Below are positions 40,876-50,082 of a stretch of 64,000 bases of DNA, piece by piece (within the stretch, counting starts at the first letter, position 1; each line of letters begins with the position of its first letter). The translations under genes were made by a program, and so were the position numbers. The notes beneath the pieces are model-generated. The model was not told where the DNA came from. It made no database searches and was given only the letters and a program-made list of their open reading frames with translations. Source of the stretch: an uncultured delta proteobacterium (GTDB lineage: Bacteria > Desulfobacterota > Syntrophorhabdia > Syntrophorhabdales > WCHB1-27); contig CAWEPK010000001.1 in assembly GCA_963810935.1 (NCBI GenBank), positions 96,001-160,000 of the forward strand. The letters are read 5' to 3'.

Positions 40876-42066
40876 CTACCTCCCGTTGTAGCGCTTGCCC
40901 GCCCTCAAGAAACCGGGCCGCGCCTTAACTATCGTCTCCATCGGCACGCAATAGGCTATGCGGAAATATCCGGGCCTGCCGAAACCGCGCCCGGGCACCA
41001 TCAGTATCCTCTCTTCTTCCTGCGTCCTGAAAACGAACTCCACCTCGTCCTCGATGGGCGACTTCGGAAACATGTAGAAGGCGCCTTCCGGCTTCACGCA
41101 CTCGAAGCCCGCTTCCGTGATCGTATCGTAGAGGAAATCCCTGCGCTGCTTGTAATCATCGATGCTGACCGAGTTCCTCTGGAACTCTCCGACCACGCGC
41201 TGCATCAGGGCAGGGGCGTTGACAAAGCCGAGCGCACGTATGGCGATCATGAGGCCCGAGACGAGAAGCTGCGCGTCGGCGATGCGCGGCGAGATGGCGA
41301 CATATCCTATCCTCTCTCCGGGTAGGGCCAGATCCTTCGAATGGGACGTAACGGTCATTACGAGGTCGTAAAGTCCGAAAAGGTCCGGCAGGGGCGCGTC
41401 CGTATAGACGAGCTTCCTGTAAGCCTCGTCCGCGACCATGAATATCTCGCGCCCTTTTCGTCTCTCCGCCATAAGCATCTCTGAAAGCCCTTTCAGGCTC
41501 TCGGCCGAATAGACGGCGCCCGTCGGGTTGTTAGGGCTGTTTATCAGCACCGCCTTTGTCCTGTTCGTGATCGCCGCCCCTATGGCCGCCAGGTCGAGCT
41601 GGAAATCGGGCCGCGTCTGGACTATCTTCGGTATTGCTCCGAAATTCTCTATGTAGTTTTTGAACTCCCAGAAAAAAGGCGACGGCAGTATGATCTCGTC
41701 GCCCCGGTTCAGCATTGCCTTGAAGAGTATGTTGAGCCCGCCGGCGCAGCCGACCGTCATGAACACGTGCGTCGCAGTGAAGGACAGGCCGGACCGCTCG
41801 GAAAGGTAGGCCGCGATTTCCTCGCGCACCGTCTCGTACCCGTTGTTCGGCATGTAGCGGTGCATCCCGACCGTGGCGCATTCCAGGGTCTCGATCAGCC
41901 GGGCGCGCAAGCCGGCTGGGGGCTCGATGTCGGGGTTGCCCAGCGAGAAGTCATAGACGTTCTCGACGCCGTACTCCTTCTTCATGCGGATGCCCGCCTC
42001 GAACATCTTCCGCGTCCAGCCTTCCTGGTCCATCACCAGTTTTCTGATCTTGTTCGAAAGGATCAC
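40876..42066 (-). CDS. PLP-dependent class I aminotransferase (Asp/aromatic), tandem paralog
   Basis: NSPNNPTG, DEAY and SHSKDLALPGERIG motifs. GGAGG RBS with GTG start. Confidence 0.93.
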   Translation of the reverse strand: MILSNKIRKLVMDQEGWTRKMFEAGIRMKKEYGVENVYDFSLGNPDIEPPAGLRARLIETLECATVGMHRYMPNNGYETVREEIAAYLSERSGLSFTATHVFMTVGCAGGLNILFKAMLNRGDEIILPSPFFWEFKNYIENFGAIPKIVQTRPDFQLDLAAIGAAITNRTKAVLINSPNNPTGAVYSAESLKGLSEMLMAERRKGREIFMVADEAYRKLVYTDAPLPDLFGLYDLVMTVTSHSKDLALPGERIGYVAISPRIADAQLLVSGLMIAIRALGFVNAPALMQRVVGEFQRNSVSIDDYKQRRDFLYDTITEAGFECVKPEGAFYMFPKSPIEDEVEFVFRTQEEERILMVPGRGFGRPGYFRIAYCVPMETIVKARPGFLRAGKRYNGR

Positions 42067-42079
42067 CTAACCCTCCAAT

Positions 42080-42183
42080 AAAAGAGGCCGTGAAATCCAC
42101 GGCCTCCTGTATAAACTAAAAGGCCATGGGCCGTTTGCACCCATGGCCTTATGCCCCTCGCGGAGCACCAAGTCACGGGTGCA
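42080..42183 (-). promoter_or_regulatory. Transcription attenuator plus second hairpin
   Basis: UGCACCCGUG pairs with CAUGGGUGCA (antiterminator) versus the AAGGCCAUGGG/CCCAUGGCCUU terminator plus U's. Second hairpin GAGGCCGUG/CACGGCCUC-UUUU. Confidence 0.82.
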
Positions 42184-42220
42184 TGCTAAAGAAGTAAAAA
42201 TAGACCTTGGTGCGGTTCAT
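42173..42220 (-). CDS. Tyr/Phe-rich attenuator leader peptide MNRTKVYFYFFSMHP
   Basis: TAT TTT TAC TTC TTT run. ATG lies 6 nt after the -10 box (leaderless). Confidence 0.85.
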   Translation of the reverse strand: MNRTKVYFYFFSMHP

Positions 42221-42226
42221 AGCGTT

Positions 42227-42255
42227 AATATACGATTATCCCATTCAGGTGTCAA
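42227..42255 (-). promoter_or_regulatory. sigma70 promoter
   Basis: TTGACA-17bp-TATATT. Confidence 0.8.
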
Positions 42256-42328
42256 GTTAAATCGGGGGCCTACACGAGCCGGCGGCCCGGCTCGGCGCAC
42301 GAACAAAAGGCTTACAGGTGCTCCCCGT

Positions 42329-43949
42329 CTAGAGCTTAAACCCGCTTACCACGTTCTTCAGTGCTCCCGACAGTGCGGTCAACTCACCCGAGGCCCGGGC
42401 AGTCTGCTGTGAGCTGGAGGACGTTTCACGCGCAACGATGGCGATCTGCTCTATCTCCTTGGTGATTTCCTCAGAAGCGGCGCTCATCTCCATGTTTGCC
42501 GAGGCGATTTGATGGATGATCGATTGGAGGCCGTCCACGCTCGTTACAATGGAAGCAAGGGCGCCGCCCGCTTCCCCGGACAGCCTCACGCCCTGATCGA
42601 CCCTCGCTGCCGTATCCCTCATGGTATCTATCACTTTGACCACTTCATTTTGGATCCCATTTATCATCGTCCCTATTTCGGACGTGGATGCCGCCGTGCG
42701 CTCAGCCAGTTTTCGCACCTCGTCCGCGACTACGGCGAAGCCCCTGCCCTGTTCCCCAGCCCTGGCGGCCTCGATTGCCGCATTGAGTGCCAGGAGGTTC
42801 GTCTGGTCGGCGATGTCGGCTATCACCGCGACAATCTCGCCGATCTGCTTGGATTTCTCTTCCAGAGACCGCACAAAGCGGGAGGAATCGTTTACTGTGG
42901 ACGCGATTTCTTTCACTTCCTTTACCGCTCTGTTGACGATATCTTCACCCTCCCGGGCGGTCCTGGCTGCGCCATTTGCAGACTCGGAGACGTCGCTCGC
43001 ATTTTTCGCCACATCGAGCACCGTCTGGGACATTTCCTCGGAAGAAGTGGAAACTAAAGTTGTCCGTTCAGCTTGGGCGGAGGACGCCTTCGACATTTGT
43101 TCTGCGCTTGCGCTTAACTCCGTCGCTGCCGACTCAAGGGAATCAGCCGTCTCCTTGATCCTGCCGATAATACCCCTCCACTTATTAGCCATATTTTTCA
43201 TCGAAATCAGGAGCTTGCCTACCTCATCCTGTCTGTCCGACGTTATCATAACGTCAAGCTCCCCGTTTGCGAGCCTGTCCGATATCTTTACACTTTCCGC
43301 CAGAGGCACGGTTATGTTCCGTTTGAGGAGGAGCGTGGCAACAACGCAACAGGCGAGGGTAATTATGCCGAAGGCGATAAGGAACAAGCGATAAGTCGCG
43401 CTCTGCTTCAGGGCATTGGCATGGGCGGCGTCCATATCCTGCTTTTGTAACGCCGCCAGACGTTCCAGCAAGGCGATACTGTTAAAAGAGATGGGGAGCG
43501 TCTCGCTGGCGTAGATACTTCCTGGCTTCTTCGTTCTTGCCTGACTTCAACAACTCCAGGATATTATCGTTCGATAGCTTACCCTTGGCCGACGATTCTT
43601 TATACCGCCGGAGCAGGTCCGTGCCCCCTTCGGTCTGCTCCAGTTTATCGAGCTCCGCCATCAACCGGCCAAGCTCCTGCCTCTTTTCGACCAGTCTTCG
43701 AGTCCACTCTTCCACGACCCCCGCATCGGCGGCTATCAGCTTCACTCCGAAACAAAGGAAGATAGCATTCACGGTTTTGATTGCCTGGTTAGTGTTCTGG
43801 ACCCTGAGCACATCGCGTTTCATGACCTGGTCGAATTTCCCGTCCATCTGCTTCATGTTCACGAAGGCAAGGGCCAGAACAAGCATGGTTATGAAAGTGA
43901 GGACCGAGAAAGCAACGGTGAGTTTTTGTCCAATGTTGAGACTTTTCAC
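42329..43949 (-). CDS. Methyl-accepting chemotaxis protein (4HB-HAMP-MA), +1 frameshift near 43515
   Basis: [31 protein letters not shown], two TM segments and HAMP DEVG. Confidence 0.92.
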
Positions 43950-44089
43950 AGCGCCAACCTCCTTTTTTGTGCAAACAAGCCTATCGTCCGGGGCGGCCTC
44001 ACTTTATCTTATCGGATAGGGTCCCGCACCGCTTAAATGACAAGTAACGACAAGGCCGCCCGGCGCCTCGTCTGCGTCATTCATTCGCA

Positions 44090-44118
44090 TTGACATCGCT
44101 TCGCTCCCGTATTAATTT
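44090..44118 (+). promoter_or_regulatory. Putative sigma70 promoter of the tkt operon
   Basis: TTGACA-17bp-TAATTT. Confidence 0.6.
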
Positions 44119-44147
44119 TCCTATAAACGGCGGTAAAGGACGGAATT

Positions 44148-45986
44148 ATGGAGCGAGGGGCGATAGAGTATCTCGAAAGCCTGGCCAAACTGGTCCGCTA
44201 CTACATACTTTTGGCGACGAGCAAGGCTGGGTCCGGACACCCCACTTCCTCGCTCTCCGCAACGGACCTTATCACGACCCTCATGTTCGGGGGCTTCTTC
44301 CTCTATGACCCCGCGCGGCCGTCGCTGCCCAATAACGACCGCTTTATCCTGTCGAAAGGCCACGCGTCTCCGCTGCTTTACGCCCTGTGGACCGTGGCAG
44401 GGCAGGTGAGCGAAGAGGAGCTTCTGCGCTACAGGACCTTCGGCAGCCCGTTGGAGGGCCACCCTACGCCCCACTTCAAGTACGCGGACGTGGCCACCGG
44501 GTCGCTGGGCCAGGGGCTCTCCATCGGCGTCGGTATGGCACTCAATGCCAAGTACCTCGACAGGCTGCCGCACCGCACTTACGTCCTCCTGGGCGACAGC
44601 GAGATGGCCGAAGGGTCGAACTGGGAGGCCATGGAGATCGCAGCGCACTATAAGCTGGATAACCTCGTGGGTATAATCGACGTCAACCGCCTCGGCCAGA
44701 GAGGCGAGACGATGTACGGCTGGGACGTCGAGGTGTACGACAGGCGTGCCACAGCCTTCGGCTGGCAGACCATCGTTATCGACGGGCACGACTACGCCCG
44801 GATCTTCGCCGCGTTCAAGCAGGCCCTCGAGGCGAAAGAAAAGCCCGTAATGATAATAGCCCGCACGATCAAGGGCAAAGGCGTGCCCGCAGTCGAGAAC
44901 AAGAACGGCTGGCACGGAAAAGTGCTTAAAAAAGAAGATATCGACGAGGCAATAAAAGGCTTCGGGCCGCTGGATAAGTCGCTCCGGGGGCAGATAGCGC
45001 AGCCCCAGGACCTGGAGCCCCCCAAGCGCAGCCGCGCCGAGGCCGCGCAGCCGGATTATAAGGCCGGTGAGGCCGTCGCCACGCGCAAGGCATACGGGAA
45101 CGCGCTGAAGCGCATATACCCGGCTTTCCCCGATATCGTCGCTCTCGACGGGGAAGTGAACAACTCGACGTACGCCGAGATATTCGAAGAGGCTTTCCCG
45201 GACCGGTTTTTCGAGATGTTCATAGCGGAGCAGAACATGGTGGGCGCAGCGGTCGGCCTCTCGGCAAGGGGTAAGCTCCCCTTCGTCTCGACGTTCGCCG
45301 CTTTCCTGACGCGCGCCTTTGACCAGATACGGATGAGCCGCTACTCGAACGCGAACGTAAAGTTCGTCGGGTCGCATGCAGGCGTCTCCATAGGGCAGGA
45401 CGGTCCGTCGCAGATGGGCCTCGAAGACATAGCCATGTTCAGGAACATCGCGGACGCAGTCATCCTCTATCCGGCCGATGCATATGCAACCGAGAGGTGC
45501 GTCGAGCTGGCCGCAGGCCACCGGGGCATCGTCTATCTCAGGACCAACAGGGGAGCTACGCCGGTCATCTACGGGGCCGCTGAGACATTCGAGATAGGCG
45601 GCCTGAAAGTGCTGAAGAAAAGCGGCGGCGACCGTCTCTGCGTGATCGGCGGCGGCGTGACGCTCTTCGAGGCGCTTGCCGCATACGACGAGCTTAAGAA
45701 AGATGGCGTCCCGATCCGGGTGATCGACCTCTACTGCGTCAAGCCCATCGATGGCGCCCGTCTCATGGAGGCGCTGTCGGGGTTAAGCATTGTCGTTACA
45801 GTGGAGGACCACCACCCCGAAGGGGGGATAGGCGAGGCCGTGCGCTCCGCGCTGGCCGCCCCCACAATCACAGTCCACAGCCTGGCGGTGCGGAAGGTCC
45901 CGAAAAGCGGCAGCCCATCCGAGCTTCTCGATTACGAGGAGATATCGCGCAGCGCCATCGTAAAAAAGGTGAAGGAGCTATTATGA
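44148..45986 (+). CDS. tkt: Transketolase
   Basis: SGHPTS, DRFILSKGH, TGSLGQG, GDSE..EG and GQDGPSQ motifs. Confidence 0.95.
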   Translation: MERGAIEYLESLAKLVRYYILLATSKAGSGHPTSSLSATDLITTLMFGGFFLYDPARPSLPNNDRFILSKGHASPLLYALWTVAGQVSEEELLRYRTFGSPLEGHPTPHFKYADVATGSLGQGLSIGVGMALNAKYLDRLPHRTYVLLGDSEMAEGSNWEAMEIAAHYKLDNLVGIIDVNRLGQRGETMYGWDVEVYDRRATAFGWQTIVIDGHDYARIFAAFKQALEAKEKPVMIIARTIKGKGVPAVENKNGWHGKVLKKEDIDEAIKGFGPLDKSLRGQIAQPQDLEPPKRSRAEAAQPDYKAGEAVATRKAYGNALKRIYPAFPDIVALDGEVNNSTYAEIFEEAFPDRFFEMFIAEQNMVGAAVGLSARGKLPFVSTFAAFLTRAFDQIRMSRYSNANVKFVGSHAGVSIGQDGPSQMGLEDIAMFRNIADAVILYPADAYATERCVELAAGHRGIVYLRTNRGATPVIYGAAETFEIGGLKVLKKSGGDRLCVIGGGVTLFEALAAYDELKKDGVPIRVIDLYCVKPIDGARLMEALSGLSIVVTVEDHHPEGGIGEAVRSALAAPTITVHSLAVRKVPKSGSPSELLDYEEISRSAIVKKVKELL

Positions 45987-46846
45987 GGCCGCAGCAGCTT
46001 AAGACGCGCATCTTCCTGGACGGGGGAAACACCGACGAGACGGAAGAGGCGATACGTACCCTGGGGTTCCTCGACGGCCAGACGACGAACCCTACGCTCA
46101 TCTCAAAGAACCCCGGCATCCGGGAGCGTATTCAGCGGGGTGAAAAGTTCACTCCCGAAACCATCACGGAATTTTACAGGCAGACGGTCAATAAGATCTC
46201 GGTCATGGTCCCCAGGGGCTCCGTCTCAATTGAGGTCTTCTCGGACAGGAGAACGAAGGCGGAGCAGATGCTGAAGCAGGGCAGGGAGATGTTCGGTTGG
46301 ATACCTAACGCCCACATCAAATTCCCCACGTCCGCCGAGGGGCTCAAGGCTGCCTCGATTGCCGTTAAAGAAGGGATGCGCGTCAACATGACCCTCTGCT
46401 TCACGCAGAGCCAGGCTGCGGCAGTCTACGCTGCGACGAGGGGCGCCCGCCGGGGCGACGTTTTCGTCTCGCCTTTCATAGGAAGGCTCGACGATAAAGG
46501 CGAGAAAGGTATGGACCTCATTGCCAATATACTCAAAATGTACAGTGAAGGCGACGGCCACGTGGAGGTGCTTACTGCGAGCGTAAGGAGCGTCGAGCAC
46601 GTACTCGCCGCCGTCGCACTCGGCACGGATATTCTCACCGCGCCCTTCGAAGTGCTCAAATCGTGGAGCGAAGAGGGCCTGCCGGTACCCGGTGAGGGTT
46701 ACAAGTACGCGCCCCCCGGCCTTAAAGCCATCCGCTACCAAAAAGTCGACCTTTCGAAGGATTGGCCCGAATACGATATAAAGCACGAGCTGACCGATAA
46801 AGGTATGGAGCGTTTCTCACAGGACTGGAACTCGCTCATAAAATGA
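45983..46846 (+). CDS. tal: Transaldolase family protein
   Basis: TTNPTL, IKFP, VNMTLCF and SPFIGRLDD motifs. Confidence 0.9.
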   Translation: MRPQQLKTRIFLDGGNTDETEEAIRTLGFLDGQTTNPTLISKNPGIRERIQRGEKFTPETITEFYRQTVNKISVMVPRGSVSIEVFSDRRTKAEQMLKQGREMFGWIPNAHIKFPTSAEGLKAASIAVKEGMRVNMTLCFTQSQAAAVYAATRGARRGDVFVSPFIGRLDDKGEKGMDLIANILKMYSEGDGHVEVLTASVRSVEHVLAAVALGTDILTAPFEVLKSWSEEGLPVPGEGYKYAPPGLKAIRYQKVDLSKDWPEYDIKHELTDKGMERFSQDWNSLIK

Positions 46847-46904
46847 CGCGCATGCCCAAAGACCCCATTCCCATCCAATCACGTCCGCCGGAGGCAGCCG
46901 TAAC

Positions 46905-48470
46905 ATGAGGCCGCCCGCAGCTTACAGCCAGGGAGAGATCACCATCGACAGCCGCTACCTCCAGACCTGCGACATCCCGACGGCCAAGCCGAGGGTGGAG
47001 CCGTTTACGCTCGTCATCATGGGAGGCGCGGGAGACCTTAGTAAAAGGAAGCTGGTCCCCTCCCTCTTCCACCTCTTCGCGGGCGGCGAGCTGCCCGATA
47101 ATTTCACCGTGTTGGCCTTCGACAGGATAAATATGGACGCGGACGGCTACCGTTCAATGATGGAAGAGGCGGCAAAGCAGTTCAACGACACGACCCTGAA
47201 TGCAGAGAAGTGGGCGGAGTTCAGCCGCCATATGTTTTATGTCCTCGGCACGTTCGAGCAGGATGGGAGCTTCGAGAATCTGCGGACCGAGATCGAGCGG
47301 GTCGGACCGCCCACGTCTCGCGGGGTCAGGGACGTCTTTTACTACATGGCGGTGCCCCCTAATGTCGTGCCGATGGCCGTACAGAAGATGAAGGCCCACG
47401 GCCTCTGCAAGGGGACGTTCCAGACCAGGATAGTGGTCGAGAAGCCTTTCGGGGAGGACCGCAAGTCTGCCGCCCGGCTGAACAGGATCATCACTGGCGC
47501 CTTCGATGAGAACCAGGTATACCGCATCGACCACTATCTGGCCAAGGAGCCCGTAGACAACATACTCTTTTTCCGCTTTTCAAACGCGGTCTTCGAGGAG
47601 GTCTGGAACAGGCGCTACGTGGACAACGTGCAGGTGACGGTAGCCGAGGAGATAGGCATCGAGCACAGGGGCGCGTTCTACGAAAGCGCGGGCGTCGTGC
47701 GCGACATCGTGCAGAACCACGTGCTGCAAGCCATCTCCCTTATGGCCCTGGAGCCGCCGATAGGCTTTGTGCCCGAGTTTATAAGGGACGAGAAGACGAA
47801 GATCGTACGCGCCATAAGACCCGTAGACGCGGACTATATCGACAGGTTCATGGTCAGGGGCCAGTACGGGCCGGGTGTCGTAGACGGCAAGGAGGTCCCG
47901 GGCTACAGGAGCGAGGCGTCCGTTTCTCCTGCCTCGACCACCCCTACGTTCTTTGCCGGTAGGTTCCTCATCGACAACCTGCGCTGGGCGGGCGTACCCT
48001 TCTACATCAGGACAGGCAAGAGGATGCCGAGGCGCGTAACGGAGATCTGCATACAGTTCAAGAGCCTCCCGCTGCGTCTCTTCGGACGGACCTGCGATGT
48101 GCTTGAGCCGAACGTACTTACCCTCACGATCCAGCCGGACGAGCATATAGCCCTGAGCTTCCTCGTCAAGTACCCTTTTTCCTCCAACCAGCTTTACCCG
48201 GTGCGCATGGACTTCAGCTATAAGGAGGCGTTCAAGACGCCGTACCTAGACGATTACGCGCGGATCCTGCTCGACATGGTAAGGGGAGACCTGACGCTTT
48301 TCGTCAGGGAGGACACCATAGAGGAGATGTGGGGCGTAGTAGACCCGATCAACGAGCGCTGGGAGTCGAACCCACCTCCCGATTTCCCTAACTACCAGGC
48401 AGGCACGTGGGGCCCTTCCGGGGCGGAAACGCTCATGCAGCAGGAAGGCAGGTCTTGGCTCACCACGTGA
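46905..48470 (+). CDS. zwf: Glucose-6-phosphate dehydrogenase
   Basis: GGAGDL, EKPFG, RIDHYLAKE and WAGVPFYIRTGK motifs. Confidence 0.96.
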   Translation: MRPPAAYSQGEITIDSRYLQTCDIPTAKPRVEPFTLVIMGGAGDLSKRKLVPSLFHLFAGGELPDNFTVLAFDRINMDADGYRSMMEEAAKQFNDTTLNAEKWAEFSRHMFYVLGTFEQDGSFENLRTEIERVGPPTSRGVRDVFYYMAVPPNVVPMAVQKMKAHGLCKGTFQTRIVVEKPFGEDRKSAARLNRIITGAFDENQVYRIDHYLAKEPVDNILFFRFSNAVFEEVWNRRYVDNVQVTVAEEIGIEHRGAFYESAGVVRDIVQNHVLQAISLMALEPPIGFVPEFIRDEKTKIVRAIRPVDADYIDRFMVRGQYGPGVVDGKEVPGYRSEASVSPASTTPTFFAGRFLIDNLRWAGVPFYIRTGKRMPRRVTEICIQFKSLPLRLFGRTCDVLEPNVLTLTIQPDEHIALSFLVKYPFSSNQLYPVRMDFSYKEAFKTPYLDDYARILLDMVRGDLTLFVREDTIEEMWGVVDPINERWESNPPPDFPNYQAGTWGPSGAETLMQQEGRSWLTT

Positions 48471-49231
48471 CGGGCGGGCAGGGCATCAGCATCGTCGTTT
48501 TCGATGCACCGTCCTCGATATACCAATACATGCTAGAGAAATTCCGGGAGATATCGTCTGCGGCCGCCGCCGAACGTGGGTTCTGCACGGTGGCCCTGTC
48601 GGGCGGGCAAACACCCGTCGGTTTTTACAGGGAAGCGGCTGCCGCGGAAGACATCGATTGGAGCAGGACGCATATTTTCCAGGTAGACGAGCGGTTTGTG
48701 CCGCCTTCCGACAGCCGCAGCAACTTCCGCATGATAAGGCAAAACCTTCTTGACCCGGCGGCGGTCCCCGGCGGGAATGTCTATCCCATACCCGTGAGAG
48801 GGGCGGATGCCGATGCCTGCGCGGTCGAATACGCACGCGAGATCCGCGCCTTCTTTGCTGCCAGGGCCGGCGTTACGGCCGAAGAGATGCCCAGGTTCGA
48901 CCTGGTCATGCTCGGGATGGGCGAAGACGGTCACACGGCGTCCCTCTTCCCTGCCTCCGGCGCACTGGAGGAGACGGGACAGCTTGCGCGTGCCGTACCC
49001 CCGGAAGGCGAGCGGATTGCCCGCATTACCCTGACCCTGCCCGTTATCAACAACGCCAGAAACGTCTTCTTTCTCGTGATGGGGAAGGGCAAGGCGGAGG
49101 CGCTCCGGCGGGTGGCCGACGAGGGTGATGCGAGCCTGCCGGCCGCGCGCATCCGGCCGCATAGGGGAAGCCTGGCCTTTCTGTGCGACAAGGCCGCCGC
49201 TTCGCAACTGGCCGCCTTTATCAGGCCGTGA
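48467..49231 (+). CDS. pgl: 6-phosphogluconolactonase
   Basis: ALSGGQTP, DER.V and LGMGEDGHTASLFP motifs. Confidence 0.95.
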   Translation: MTGGQGISIVVFDAPSSIYQYMLEKFREISSAAAAERGFCTVALSGGQTPVGFYREAAAAEDIDWSRTHIFQVDERFVPPSDSRSNFRMIRQNLLDPAAVPGGNVYPIPVRGADADACAVEYAREIRAFFAARAGVTAEEMPRFDLVMLGMGEDGHTASLFPASGALEETGQLARAVPPEGERIARITLTLPVINNARNVFFLVMGKGKAEALRRVADEGDASLPAARIRPHRGSLAFLCDKAAASQLAAFIRP

Positions 49232-49280
49232 TCTTCTCGCGCCTTTTTATCGTTGTCTTGGCCGGATTTCCTGACGGTAC

Positions 49281-49682
49281 TTACTGAACCGGCGTAAAGC
49301 CGTACTGGCGGAAATGGCTGTCGAACGTAAAGACCGTTTTAATGCCCAGATCGCGCATAACTTCAAAACTTACGCAATCGACCAGGCTCAGGCCCCTTCT
49401 CGATGCGGCAAGCAAGGCCGCGATGCCAAGGCGATGTGTTTCCGGAGTGACGAATTCAACCGAGAGCACCGGCACGATACTTTCCTGGAATTCCCTCACT
49501 GCCTCAAGCCCCAGCCTACTCTGAACGAGGGCGAAGGTCTCCACGAGAACGTAGTTCGTCGTAACCATATTCTCGTCGGACCCCATGATTTGCCGTCGCC
49601 AGGTCTCGGCCGATCGCACATGGTTTTCGTCGTCTGCGTCGAGCAGGGCGTAGAGAGCGGATGTATCGGCGAAGACTGCCAT
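49281..49682 (-). CDS. vapC: PIN-domain toxin (VapC family)
   Basis: DTS, VLVET, SLVDC and TFD.HF acidic residues. Confidence 0.9.
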   Translation of the reverse strand: MAVFADTSALYALLDADDENHVRSAETWRRQIMGSDENMVTTNYVLVETFALVQSRLGLEAVREFQESIVPVLSVEFVTPETHRLGIAALLAASRRGLSLVDCVSFEVMRDLGIKTVFTFDSHFRQYGFTPVQ

Positions 49683-49928
49683 CTACTTGAGCGCCTCGGC
49701 TATATAGGCATCATGTCTCCTCGACACGTCTTTCTTGCCCGACCGGAACTTTCCAACTATACCGAGCGCCCGCTTGTGCCTATCCCCTGAAACTGTATGT
49801 GCTTTGGGCTCGATTGCGCCTTCAACGGCATCGCGGATAACCTCTGCCATCGATACCCCCCGGCGGGCCGCTATCTTCTTCACCTTTATTGCCTGTTCCT
49901 CTGTCAACTGAATCTGCGTCCTGACCAT
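49683..49928 (-). CDS. Ribbon-helix-helix antitoxin (CopG-like)
   Basis: MVRTQIQL...SMAEVIR.AV and HD.Y motifs, directly upstream of vapC. TTGACA-17-TATCAT at 49990-49962. Confidence 0.88.
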   Translation of the reverse strand: MVRTQIQLTEEQAIKVKKIAARRGVSMAEVIRDAVEGAIEPKAHTVSGDRHKRALGIVGKFRSGKKDVSRRHDAYIAEALK

Positions 49929-50082
49929 TTGAATGCCTCCATGATGGCACAAGCAGATTACATGATAACACTTCATGCAATCATTGTCAATCCGATCCGC
50001 TATTCGCAAGTAGGCAAGCCGCTTCACCGCCAGCGACACCTGTATTATATTACCCCTATCTATGTAATACAGGAGACTTGAC

